64,000 nt of DNA from Escherichia phage MRostami-2023e: the sequence record OQ031495; one strand, given 5' to 3'. A model generated the notes under the pieces. The model saw only the letters and a list, made by a program, of their open reading frames with translations. It searched no databases and was not told the DNA's origin. Below, in pieces: positions 1 through 8,917 of this stretch (its first letter is position 1; each line of letters starts with the position of its first letter). Position numbers and translations under genes: made by a program.

Positions 1-377
1 CTTTAGCCGTAGCTAAAGCTGAACTTGACAGAATGATCGGACGTAAATGCAACGGTACAATTACCCTTGATGAGGCCGAAAAGCTATTTAATGAAGACGT
101 TGATAAAGCCGTTCGCGGAATCTTGGGTAATGCTAAACTTAAACCGGTATATGATTCTTTAGATGCGGTTCGTCGTTGTGCATTGGTCAATATGGTCTTC
201 CAAATGGGTGTAGCAGGCGTCGCCGGTTTTACTAATTCTCTTCGTATGCTTCAACAGAAACGTTGGGATGAAGCGGCAGTAAATCTAGCCCAATCTAAAT
301 GGTATCGTCAGACACCTAATCGCGCGAAACGCGTAATCTCAACATTTAAAACAGGAACTTGGAAAGCGTATATATGA
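1..377 (+). CDS. e: Endolysin (T4-type lysozyme), 5'-partial; coding frame enters from the window edge
   Basis: Translation ...[29 protein letters not shown]...[40 protein letters not shown]...TGTWKAYI matches the C-terminal two-thirds of T4 lysozyme; stop at 375-377. Confidence 0.9.
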   Translation, partial: LAVAKAELDRMIGRKCNGTITLDEAEKLFNEDVDKAVRGILGNAKLKPVYDSLDAVRRCALVNMVFQMGVAGVAGFTNSLRMLQQKRWDEAAVNLAQSKWYRQTPNRAKRVISTFKTGTWKAYI

Positions 378-655
378 AAACATATAGTGAATTTTTATCA
401 GAATCTATTCTTAACGAAGCTACTGACACATTTGCAACTAAGCTAGGTGCAGCTTTGGTTGAAGCCGAAAGTCTACTAGCACGTATTTCTGAACTTGCTA
501 GTAAGATAGATACTCGCAAATTTGAACGTACTAGCGATATCGCTAAGCTTGAAGCCTTGTTACGTATGTGCAATAAACCGGAAGAAATCGCTAAGAACGG
601 CTCGCTGATGAAACAACGTCTTGAAAAATATATTTCAGGCGCTTCAGAAAAATAG
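374..655 (+). CDS. Internal-protein-like head protein with N-terminal capsid-targeting sequence
   Basis: Starts [10 protein letters not shown], like the T4 IP capsid-targeting sequence MKTYQEFIAE; ATG overlaps the e stop (ATGA). Confidence 0.55.
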   Translation: MKTYSEFLSESILNEATDTFATKLGAALVEAESLLARISELASKIDTRKFERTSDIAKLEALLRMCNKPEEIAKNGSLMKQRLEKYISGASEK

Positions 656-713
656 TGTTTACTTCCTCCAAGGGTTTTGATACTATACATTCATCAACTA
701 CTTGGAGGAAATT

Positions 714-1250
714 ATGACTCGTATCAATTTAACACTTGTTTCTGAACTGACCGACCAACATCTTATGGCTGAGTATCGTGAATTACCACGCGTATTTGGT
801 GCAGTCCGTAAACATGTTCAAAACGGTAAACGTGTAAAGGATTTTAAAATCTCTCCAACATTTATCTTAGGCACAGGTCACGTAACATTCTTTTACGACA
901 AACTTGAATTTTTACGTTTAAGACAAATCGAGCTAATCGCTGAATGTTTGAAACGTGGTTTCAAAATCAAGGACACGACAGTCCAGGATATTTCCGACAT
1001 CCCTGCCGAATTTCGTAATAATTATGTCCCGTCCGAAGCGTCCATTGCGATAAGTCAAGCACGCTTAGATGAAAAAATTGCTCAACGTCCGACTTGGTAC
1101 AAATACTATGGTAAATCAATTTACCAAGGAAAAATGAAAATGTATCAAGAATTTATCATTGAAGCAGATGCCAAAGGTCCTAAAGTAGATGTTGACGATA
1201 TTGGATACGATTTTAACAACTTCGGAATTATTTCTGGCGGTAAAGCTTAA
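714..1250 (+). CDS. denV: Endonuclease V (pyrimidine-dimer DNA glycosylase/AP lyase) with about 40-aa C-terminal extension
   Basis: [35 protein letters not shown]...[10 protein letters not shown] is near-identical to T4 DenV; SD GGAGGA at 704-709; ORF continues about 40 codons past the T4 terminus. Confidence 0.85.
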   Translation: MTRINLTLVSELTDQHLMAEYRELPRVFGAVRKHVQNGKRVKDFKISPTFILGTGHVTFFYDKLEFLRLRQIELIAECLKRGFKIKDTTVQDISDIPAEFRNNYVPSEASIAISQARLDEKIAQRPTWYKYYGKSIYQGKMKMYQEFIIEADAKGPKVDVDDIGYDFNNFGIISGGKA

Positions 1251-1313
1251 ATTGTTTACGCTTAAGTATTAATATGGTATAATTACTCTATCAAAACAAA
1301 CAAGGAAACAAAA

Positions 1314-1631
1314 ATGAAAACATATAAAGAATTTATCGCCGAATCTGCTGCAGGACAACGTGTAGAAGGTGGTTATATCTGGATTGAACAAGTTGAGCCG
1401 CCAAGTCGCACTTCTACAGGTAAATGGAAAATCACTGTTGATGGTCCTGGTGGTAAACGTAGGACTCTTAAAGAAATTAATGGGTACTATGAAGAAGCTC
1501 TTTCTGACGCGGGTACTTATATGATGCAAATCATGATTAAAAACCCAGAAAATCGTTTTGCGGCTAGAGTTTTCCGCCGTATTGGAAATAAGCTTTATGA
1601 TGCATATTCTAAAAACTTCCCTAAAGAATAA
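1314..1631 (+). CDS. Internal protein (IPII/IPIII-like) with capsid-targeting sequence
   Basis: Starts MKTYKEFIAE; 105 aa; sits at the T4 ipII/ipIII position next to denV. Confidence 0.6.
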   Translation: MKTYKEFIAESAAGQRVEGGYIWIEQVEPPSRTSTGKWKITVDGPGGKRRTLKEINGYYEEALSDAGTYMMQIMIKNPENRFAARVFRRIGNKLYDAYSKNFPKE

Positions 1632-1647
1632 AAATTAAAGGAAACAT

Positions 1648-1679
1648 ATGAAAACATATCAAGAATTTATTACTGAAGC
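1648..1679 (+). CDS. Internal-protein-like gene, 5' end only; body lost in masked N-run
   Basis: Starts MKTYQEFITE with SD AAAGGAAA upstream; sequence becomes N at 1680. Confidence 0.4.
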
Positions 1680-2283
1680 NNNNNNNNNNNNNNNNNNNNN
1701 NNNNNNNNNNNNNNNNNNNNNNNNNNNNNNNNNNNNNNNNNNNNNNNNNNNNNNNNNNNNNNNNNNNNNNNNNNNNNNNNNNNNNNNNNNNNNNNNNNNN
1801 NNNNNNNNNNNNNNNNNNNNNNNNNNNNNNNNNNNNNNNNNNNNNNNNNNNNNNNNNNNNNNNNNNNNNNNNNNNNNNNNNNNNNNNNNNNNNNNNNNNN
1901 NNNNNNNNNNNNNNNNNNNNNNNNNNNNNNNNNNNNNNNNNNNNNNNNNNNNNNNNNNNNNNNNNNNNNNNNNNNNNNNNNNNNNNNNNNNNNNNNNNNN
2001 NNNNNNNNNNNNNNNNNNNNNNNNNNNNNNNNNNNNNNNNNNNNNNNNNNNNNNNNNNNNNNNNNNNNNNNNNNNNNNNNNNNNNNNNNNNNNNNNNNNN
2101 NNNNNNNNNNNNNNNNNNNTATTTACATTCAAATAACATGGGAACAACCTGGACCTCATGATTCTATGAGGGATTCCCGCCAACCTGTAATAAGGTCGAG
2201 CCCAAGTGCGGTAATGGGTTTACATAGCGAGTCGAAGGACCTAACATGTGCCACGGAATGGCCCAAACCTTAAGAGAAATAAT

Positions 2284-2823
2284 ATGAGAACATTTTTAAC
2301 TGGACCTTATCTATCCCTGATGAATGCTTTTACACACCATTCTGATGCTAGAGTAGAAGAAATTTGTAAGAACGGATATGTCCCACCATTTGAAGACGTA
2401 CTCAAGCAGTACTGTACACTTCGTTTAGACGGCGGCCGACAATCAGGTAAATCAATTGCTGTGACTAACTTTGCTGCTAATTGGCTGTATGATGGTGGAA
2501 CGGTTATTGTTCTTTCTAATACTTCAGCTTATGCTAAAATTTCTGCTGGCAACATTGAAAAAGAATTTTCTCGTTATTCTAGCGACGATATTCGATTCCG
2601 TTTATTTACTGATTCTGTTCGTAGTTTTATTGGCAATGAAGGTTCTAAATTCCGTGGATTAACGCTTTCTCGTATTCTGTATATAATTGACGAGCCTATT
2701 AAAGCTCCTGATATGGATAAGATTTACAATGTCCATATTAAAACAGTACAGTACTGCTGTAAAAGCAAATATTGCATCGGCGGTAATGCTCGTCCTCAAT
2801 TTTTTGTGATTGGAATGCAATGA
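2284..2823 (+). CDS. Hypothetical protein with Walker-A-like motif
   Basis: 179-aa ORF; GGRQSGKS resembles a P-loop; track ORF begins at GTG 2248, first ATG at 2284. Confidence 0.45.
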   Translation: MRTFLTGPYLSLMNAFTHHSDARVEEICKNGYVPPFEDVLKQYCTLRLDGGRQSGKSIAVTNFAANWLYDGGTVIVLSNTSAYAKISAGNIEKEFSRYSSDDIRFRLFTDSVRSFIGNEGSKFRGLTLSRILYIIDEPIKAPDMDKIYNVHIKTVQYCCKSKYCIGGNARPQFFVIGMQ

Positions 2824-3128
2824 TGACCACTATTGAAGTTTTTGAATATTGTTATAACAGTCCAGTATGCAATAAAAGGGCCCTTGTAGAAAATTACGAG
2901 ATTTACCATTTTAAACCTAAACGATATCGTTTGACTAAAGGTCCGTTCGCAGGGCAGCAGGTTCTTTGTACTGCTCCTAATGCACGACTGATGACTAGTA
3001 TTCCACATTTCAAAATGGAATTTATTGATGGGCCATTTAAGGGATTAATCACTCAAAGTTTAATGGCGTTTAATTCCGTCCCATTTTTGATTAAAGAAAA
3101 AACTTGGATAAATTTATTTTCTAATTGA
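2820..3128 (+). CDS. Hypothetical protein
   Basis: 102-aa ORF, start overlaps upstream stop (ATGA). Confidence 0.45.
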   Translation: MMTTIEVFEYCYNSPVCNKRALVENYEIYHFKPKRYRLTKGPFAGQQVLCTAPNARLMTSIPHFKMEFIDGPFKGLITQSLMAFNSVPFLIKEKTWINLFSN

Positions 3129-3134
3129 GGTTAT

Positions 3135-3497
3135 ATGAAAGCATATCAAATTCTTGAAGGCACACACAAAGGCACTATTTATTTTGAAGACGGTACTCAA
3201 GCCCGGATTATTGTCTCTAAGACTTTTAAAGAAGACGCTATTGTAGACCCGGAAATTTTCTACGGTTTGCATGCCCGTGAAATTGAAATTGAACATCAAC
3301 CTAAAGTTAAAATTGAAGGTGGTCAACATCTGAACGTTAACGTTCTGCGTCGTGAAACTCTGGAAGATGCAGTTAAGCATCCAGAAAAATATCCGCAGTT
3401 GACCATCCGTGTATCCGGTTATGCAGTTCGCTTTAACTCTCTGACTCCGGAACAGCAGCGCGACGTTATCGCTCGTACCTTTACTGAGAGTCTATAA
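3135..3497 (+). CDS. Autonomous glycyl-radical cofactor (GrcA/YfiD-like; T4 Y06I-type)
   Basis: C-terminal [60 protein letters not shown] carries the RVSGY glycyl-radical motif; SD GAGG upstream. Confidence 0.85.
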   Translation: MKAYQILEGTHKGTIYFEDGTQARIIVSKTFKEDAIVDPEIFYGLHAREIEIEHQPKVKIEGGQHLNVNVLRRETLEDAVKHPEKYPQLTIRVSGYAVRFNSLTPEQQRDVIARTFTESL

Positions 3498-3721
3498 TGG
3501 CTAAATTGATTATAGAAGGGTCTGAAGATGTTTTAAAATGTTTTGCCGCCTGGTTTAGTTGCTCAGGCGAGCAATCATTCATTGAAGCATTTAGAATGGG
3601 TGATATTACTGGAAACTATCCGGCAACTGATATCACTGTACGTGGATATGGTATTAATGAGCCTATCCAATTGGTCGAATATGACCTTGCCACCGATGAG
3701 GAAATTCCTTATGTCGATTGA
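3497..3721 (+). CDS. Hypothetical protein
   Basis: 74-aa ORF, start overlaps previous stop. Confidence 0.45.
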   Translation: MAKLIIEGSEDVLKCFAAWFSCSGEQSFIEAFRMGDITGNYPATDITVRGYGINEPIQLVEYDLATDEEIPYVD

Positions 3722-3977
3722 AGATATTAAAGGCTACAAGCCACATACCGACGATAAAATCGGTAAAGTGAACGCTATTAAAGATGCAGAAGTCCGTCTT
3801 GGATTGTTGTTTGATGCTCTGATTGAAGAAGCATATATCTTGAAAGAAAATGAAACAGAGCAACAAACCAAAGAAGATATGGATGCAGTACAGGCTCTTA
3901 AGTATGCTAAGCAACATCTAAAAGAAGCCAGCATGTGGGCCTGTCGTGCAGTATTTCGACCTGAGGAAAAATACTAA
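3711..3977 (+). CDS. Hypothetical protein
   Basis: 88-aa ORF from internal ATG (MSIEDIKGY...) preceded by GAGGAAA; the longer track ORF from 3543 overlaps the upstream gene. Confidence 0.4.
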   Translation: MSIEDIKGYKPHTDDKIGKVNAIKDAEVRLGLLFDALIEEAYILKENETEQQTKEDMDAVQALKYAKQHLKEASMWACRAVFRPEEKY

Positions 3978-4252
3978 TGGCTNNNNNNNNNNNNNNNNNN
4001 NNNNNNNNNNNNNNNNNNNNNNNNNNNNNNNNNNNNNNNNNNNNNNNNNNNNNNNNNNNNNNNNNNNNNNNNNNNNNNNNNNNNNNNNNNNNNNNNNNNN
4101 NNNNNNNNNNNNNNNNNNNNNNNNNNNNNNNNNNNNNNNNNNNNNNNNNNNNNNNNNNNNNNNNNNNNNNNNNNNNNNNNNNNNATCAAAGAGTAGTTTA
4201 CTTCTCCTCTAGTTGTGTTACTATAGACCTGTCAACTAGAGGAGAAATCAAA

Positions 4253-4711
4253 ATGACTATCAATTCAGACGTTTTTATCCGCCGTAATAAACTCCGTCGA
4301 ATCTTTGAAACGGAGTTCCGCAAAATAAATGCCAGTATAAAAGATGCTGCAAAGTCTCTTGGACTACCAGGCTTTCATATCAAGTATTCTCAACATCTCT
4401 TAGATCGTGCCATCCAGAGAGAAATAGATGAGAATTACGTTTTTGAATTATTTCGTAAAGTAAAAAATCATGTTAAAGAAGTTGCAGAATTTTTATCAAT
4501 GCCGGCACGTCCAGATGTTGATGAAGATTTTGTCGAAGGCGTCGAATATCGCCCAGGCCGTTTAGAAATAACTGATGGAAATCTTTGGTTAGGACTTACA
4601 GTCTGTCGCGAAAATCCAGCATTCAAAATGAAGACTCTTCAATGCAGAATGGCTATTATTAACAGTAAACGACTACCAGGAAAAGCTTCTAAAGCCGTGA
4701 TTAAAATCTAG
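4253..4711 (+). CDS. regB: Sequence-specific endoribonuclease RegB
   Basis: MTINSDVFIRRNKLRR...HIKYSQHLLDRAIQREIDE...GRLEITDGNLWLG...CRMAIINSKRLPGKASKAVIK closely matches T4 RegB; SD GAGGAGA at 4240-4246. Confidence 0.9.
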   Translation: MTINSDVFIRRNKLRRIFETEFRKINASIKDAAKSLGLPGFHIKYSQHLLDRAIQREIDENYVFELFRKVKNHVKEVAEFLSMPARPDVDEDFVEGVEYRPGRLEITDGNLWLGLTVCRENPAFKMKTLQCRMAIINSKRLPGKASKAVIKI

Positions 4712-4719
4712 AGGTAAAC

Positions 4720-5262
4720 ATGAGAAAAGCACTACTCGCTGGTCTATTTGCTCTTTCATTATCAGCACATAGCTCCGAGCATACTTTTAGTAATGTCCAA
4801 CTCGATAACTTGAATTATGCTTATCAGTTTGGGGAACAGTTTTCTAAGGATGGAAAATTTAAAACGCATGAAAATATGCATAAGAAAGGACTTGGATACA
4901 TAATGGCCGCAATACTATGGCAAGAATCATCTGCCGGTATTAATCTTAAAGATAAGAAAGGTCACCATGCGTATGGAATGTTCCAAAATTATCTACCAAC
5001 AATGAGGGCAAGAATTAACCAGCTTGGTTACAATATGACTGATGCCCAAATTAAGAAAATGCTATCTAAGCGGTCTAATTCAGCCAGATGGGCTTATATA
5101 GAATTTTCTTATTGGTTAAATATACATAACGGGGATATAAGAAAAGCTATATCCTCATATAATGCGGGATGGAAGACAAGTGCTGGAAGTAAATATGCTT
5201 CTGAAGTCCTAGAAAAGGCTAATTACCTTAAATCAAATAAACTACTGGAAATAAAAGAATGA
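4720..5262 (+). CDS. Secreted lytic-transglycosylase-like protein
   Basis: N-terminal signal peptide (MRKALLAGLFALSLSAHS); WQESSAG...AYGMFQ...YNAGW resembles SLT-domain catalytic motifs. Confidence 0.5.
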   Translation: MRKALLAGLFALSLSAHSSEHTFSNVQLDNLNYAYQFGEQFSKDGKFKTHENMHKKGLGYIMAAILWQESSAGINLKDKKGHHAYGMFQNYLPTMRARINQLGYNMTDAQIKKMLSKRSNSARWAYIEFSYWLNIHNGDIRKAISSYNAGWKTSAGSKYASEVLEKANYLKSNKLLEIKE

Positions 5263-5606
5263 CCAAAATGTTGGCTTTAATAGTTGGCTTGGTTTCATTT
5301 AACGCTCTTGCTAATACTACATATACTGATGTAACGGAGTATACAAACAGAACGGCGTCTGATTATTGTGGTAAAAGTCAAGAGTGTAAAGTAGATTTTT
5401 CACAAAAATTGTTATATGCGTATAAAGACGGAGAAAAAGATGGGGCGTCTAGTAGGTTCAAGGCGTCTACCTTAATTAAAAGATACTATAAAAAATGGCA
5501 AATATTAGAATGCTCGGTGGCGGAACCTAAAGATAAGGCAGCATGCAATTCTATGGTGGACCGTCTAGTTGACTCTTATAATAGAGGACTTGCAGCAAGT
5601 GATTAA
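5259..5606 (+). CDS. Secreted hypothetical protein
   Basis: Signal peptide MTKMLALIVGLVSFNALA; Cys-containing 115-aa ORF. Confidence 0.45.
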   Translation: MTKMLALIVGLVSFNALANTTYTDVTEYTNRTASDYCGKSQECKVDFSQKLLYAYKDGEKDGASSRFKASTLIKRYYKKWQILECSVAEPKDKAACNSMVDRLVDSYNRGLAASD

Positions 5607-6057
5607 AAACTATATCAAGGGCGATATTGTCGCCCTGTTTTCTAAAGGTAATAATATTGCTCATGGGTGTAATTGTTTTCATACAATGGGCGCCGGTGTA
5701 GCAGGCCAATTAGCAAAGGCTTATCCAAAAATTTTAGAAGCCGATAAACTTCAAACTGCATATGGAGACGAGTCTAAACTCGGGTCTTATTCGGTTTATG
5801 AAAAATATTTTAAGACCCATAAAGCTTATTGCTTTAATCTTTATACGCAGTTTGAGCCTGGACCTAATTTTGAGTACTCTGCTTTAATGAATTGTATAAT
5901 AGAATTAAATGAATTCGGAAAGAATAAGATAACAAAGCCTGTAATTTATATGCCAAGAATTGGTGCCGGTATTGGTGGTGGAAACTGGGATGTCATCGAA
6001 GAGATTTTAGATACGTATTCCACTAAACTAGAAATTGTGATTGTTGATTGGGAACCN
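5599..6057 (+). CDS. Macro-domain protein (TARG1/Poa1p-like), 3' end lost in masked run
   Basis: IAHGCNCFHTMGAGVAGQLAKAYP and MPRIGAGIGGGNWDV match macro-domain ADP-ribose-binding loops; start uncertain (GTG 5599 or TTG 5590). Confidence 0.55.
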
Positions 6058-6480
6058 NNNNNNNNNNNNNNNNNNNNNNNNNNNNNNNNNNNNNNNNNNN
6101 NNNNNNNNNNNNNNNNNNNNNNNNNNNNNNNNNNNNNNNNNNNNNNNNNNNNNNNNNNNNNNNNNNNNNNNNNNNNNNNNNNNNNNNNNNNNNNNNNNNN
6201 NNNNNNNNNNNNNNNNNNNNNNNNNNNNNNNNNNNNNNNNNNNNNNNNNNNNNNNNNNNNNNNNNNNNNNNNNNNNNNNNNNNNNNNNNNNNNNNNNNNN
6301 NNNNNNNNNNNNNNNNNNATGGACTGTTTTTTTTACTTTATGTAACGATGAAATGATATGTGATTTTGATTATTGGTGTTATTGCTATTGATACAATAAA
6401 GGATGTACAAATCATACAGGTGAAGGTTTCTATTCCGGGTTTCAACCGTATCCAGACTTTGTNNNNNNNNGTGAACCTAA

Positions 6481-6663
6481 ATGAAATTAACTAAAGAAGA
6501 GAAAGCTAAACTGTTCGAACTTATCCATGACCTATTGGACGAGCAAGCAGCCACCAATGCGTACGATGAATATGCTCCTTTAACAGATGAAGAATATCAA
6601 GCATTGATGGAATCATTTGACAGGAAAGAACAAGAACTCATTGACTACGTGAATTCACTATAA
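6481..6663 (+). CDS. Hypothetical acidic protein
   Basis: 60-aa ORF. Confidence 0.45.
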   Translation: MKLTKEEKAKLFELIHDLLDEQAATNAYDEYAPLTDEEYQALMESFDRKEQELIDYVNSL

Positions 6664-6672
6664 GGGACTCTT

Positions 6673-7254
6673 ATGGCTAGTTTAATTTTTACATATGCCG
6701 CTATGAATGCTGGTAAGTCTGCTTCATTACTTACTGCCGCACATAACTATAAAGAACGTGGCATGGGTGTATTAGTTCTTAAACCGGCTATTGATACTCG
6801 CGATTCAAAAGGTGAAATAGTCTCTCGTATTGGTATTCGTCAGGATGCCAATATAATTACAAAAGACATGGATATCTTTGAATTCTATAAATGGGCTGCA
6901 GCACAAAAGGATATTCACTGTGTATTTGTTGACGAAGCTCAGTTCTTAACTACTGAAAAGGTGTATCAACTTAGTCGTATTGTTGACGTATACAATGTGC
7001 CGGTAATGGCATATGGACTACGAACAGATTTTAAAGGTAATCTATTTGAAGGTTCTCAAGCATTAATGGCTATTGCCGATAAGCTTGTTGAACTTAAAGG
7101 TGTCTGTCATTGTGGTAAAAAGGCCACAATGGTAGCTAGAGTCACGGAAGACGGACTTCCAATTACAGATGGCAGTCAAATTGAAATTGGTGATACCGAT
7201 AGATATGTGTCATTATGCCGGAAGCATTGGAATGATTTGACAGGGTTGTTATAA
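6673..7254 (+). CDS. tk: Thymidine kinase
   Basis: MASLIFTYAAMNAGKSASLL...VFVDEAQF...CHCGKKA... near-identical to T4 Tk; P-loop and zinc-ribbon cysteines present. Confidence 0.92.
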   Translation: MASLIFTYAAMNAGKSASLLTAAHNYKERGMGVLVLKPAIDTRDSKGEIVSRIGIRQDANIITKDMDIFEFYKWAAAQKDIHCVFVDEAQFLTTEKVYQLSRIVDVYNVPVMAYGLRTDFKGNLFEGSQALMAIADKLVELKGVCHCGKKATMVARVTEDGLPITDGSQIEIGDTDRYVSLCRKHWNDLTGLL

Positions 7255-7257
7255 ATA
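7250..7257 (+). promoter_or_regulatory. Candidate T4-type late promoter (TATAAATA)
   Basis: Exact TATAAATA octamer about 25 nt upstream of the 7282 start. Confidence 0.4.
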
Positions 7258-7281
7258 CTAATATCTAACCAAGAGGTATAT

Positions 7282-7494
7282 ATGCAGCAATTAAACGAAA
7301 GACAACTTCGTAATCTTACTGTAACCCAATTGGATGAAATCCGAAGAGAATTAGGACATTCTATTTCTCATTTAAACGAGGATATCCGTCAAACTGGTTC
7401 TAAAGCTGATTATACACGCAAGCGCAAGCTGGAAAAATACCTCACAGATGTTAAGGCCGTCCAAAGGCGAAAAATAAATACTGGCCAAAATTAA
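7282..7494 (+). CDS. Hypothetical protein
   Basis: 70-aa ORF with SD GAGG upstream. Confidence 0.5.
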   Translation: MQQLNERQLRNLTVTQLDEIRRELGHSISHLNEDIRQTGSKADYTRKRKLEKYLTDVKAVQRRKINTGQN

Positions 7495-7506
7495 CAGGAG
7501 GCCTAT

Positions 7507-7809
7507 ATGGCCTTAAGAGCGATAGCTGTCATGGCGATGCTGGGGTTTTTTGCAGCAACAACTCCTAACGTTGGTACTGCATATGTTGACCCATATTTTG
7601 ATAACTTTATGGAATCAGGGATTAAAAACGTATATACTTTGTTTGAAATTCAAAATGTCGAGAATTCTGAAAAATTCTATAAGTATATGGCAAAGCATTA
7701 CAAAAATAGCCCCTGTGATGATGCATTTGAATGTCATGAACAAGGCATAAAAACTGCCAGACAATTTGCCGAGTTCATGAAAATAAAATTAGAGCCTACA
7801 TCTATCTAA
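7507..7809 (+). CDS. Secreted hypothetical protein
   Basis: Signal-peptide-like N-terminus MALRAIAVMAMLGFFAA; SD AGGAGG upstream. Confidence 0.5.
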   Translation: MALRAIAVMAMLGFFAATTPNVGTAYVDPYFDNFMESGIKNVYTLFEIQNVENSEKFYKYMAKHYKNSPCDDAFECHEQGIKTARQFAEFMKIKLEPTSI

Positions 7810-7815
7810 TTTACT

Positions 7816-7844
7816 AGCCCCTTCCTTATGGTTGGGGCTTTTTG
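7816..7844 (+). terminator. Rho-independent terminator
   Basis: AGCCCC / GGGGCT stem with 12-nt loop followed by TTTTT. Confidence 0.6.
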
Positions 7845-7854
7845 GCATCTATCA

Positions 7855-7905
7855 GTTTACTTCTCCTCAGGTTGTGTTATAGTAAACCTTACTTACTAGA
7901 GGAGA
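7855..7905 (+). promoter_or_regulatory. Early promoter / stem-loop cassette
   Basis: GTTTAC 7855-7860, 17-bp spacer, TATAGT 7878-7883; inverted repeat TCTCCTC / GAGGAGA places the SD in the 3' arm. Confidence 0.55.
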
Positions 7906-7910
7906 ACGTT

Positions 7911-8090
7911 ATGACACGTAAAGAAAAAATTTCTAAGTTAATGTTTTTGATTGAAGAGTACGCTAATGCGGTATCTGATTGGGAAAATGCTCATGGTTGC
8001 GAAGATGGAGACATCGACATTAACAGAGCTATGAAAAAGATGGCTGACGCCCACACCGAATTGCAAATGTATGTTAACGAGATTATGTGA
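7911..8090 (+). CDS. Hypothetical protein
   Basis: 59-aa ORF downstream of the cassette. Confidence 0.45.
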   Translation: MTRKEKISKLMFLIEEYANAVSDWENAHGCEDGDIDINRAMKKMADAHTELQMYVNEIM

Positions 8091-8097
8091 GGATATT

Positions 8098-8190
8098 ATG
8101 CTTTACGATTATACTGGAAAATCTGAAGACGGTGTACTTGAACTTTTACCTGAAAGCGCTGAAGATGATGATATGGTGGTGATGTTTTGT
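8098..8190 (+). CDS. Hypothetical protein, 5' part only (runs into masked run)
   Basis: MLYDYTGKSEDGVLELLPESAEDDDMVVMFC then N-run. Confidence 0.3.
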
Positions 8191-8571
8191 NNNNNNNNNN
8201 NNNNNNNNNNNNNNNNNNNNNNNNNNNNNNNNNNNNNNNNNNNNNNNNNNNNNNNNNNNNNNNNNNNNNNNNNNNNNNNNNNNNNNNNNNNNNNNNNNNN
8301 NNNNNNNNNNNNNNNNNNNNNNNNNNNNNNNNNNNNNNNNNNNNNNNNNNNNNNNNNNNNNNNNNNNNNNNNNNNNNNNNNNNNNNNNNNNNNNNNNNNN
8401 NNNNNNNNNNNNNNNNNNNNNNNNNNNNNNNNNNNNNNNNNNNNNNNNNNNNNNNNNNNNNNNNNNNNNNNNNNNNNNNNNNNNNNNNNNNNNNNNNNNN
8501 NNNNNNNNNNNNNNNNNNNNNNNNNNNNNNCAAGTTGAAGAACTTTATCGACATTTAAAACACAATCGGTA

Positions 8572-8601
8572 GTTTACATCTTGGTAGGATTATGTTATAG
8601 T
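8572..8601 (+). promoter_or_regulatory. Early promoter
   Basis: GTTTAC 8572-8577, about 18-bp spacer, TATAGT 8596-8601. Confidence 0.45.
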
Positions 8602-8736
8602 AGTCCTATCAAAACGAACGGAGACCAAAATGAAACTTTTGCTTATCGCTTATGTTGTAGTACAATATAATTATCCGATGTTTACTTATAACATGGTAAA
8701 CGGCATAGTGAATCTTATTGAAACGAGTATGGTAAA

Positions 8737-8916
8737 ATGACCCGTGAACAAGCTAATAAATTGATGGACCTTATCCGTGACTTACGTGAAGCCGATTCAG
8801 ATTTGAATGATGTAGCTTATCATGCGGTAAATGATAACGGAGATTTTTATGAAAATCAGGTTGACGCTTGCCAGAATGCTTTGGTGAATTTTGTTGAAAC
8901 TTTAATTGGTGAATAA
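8737..8916 (+). CDS. Hypothetical small protein
   Basis: 59-aa ORF MTREQANKLMDLIRDLREADSD...; not in the track (below 60 aa). Confidence 0.35.
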   Translation: MTREQANKLMDLIRDLREADSDLNDVAYHAVNDNGDFYENQVDACQNALVNFVETLIGE

Positions 8917-8917
8917 T

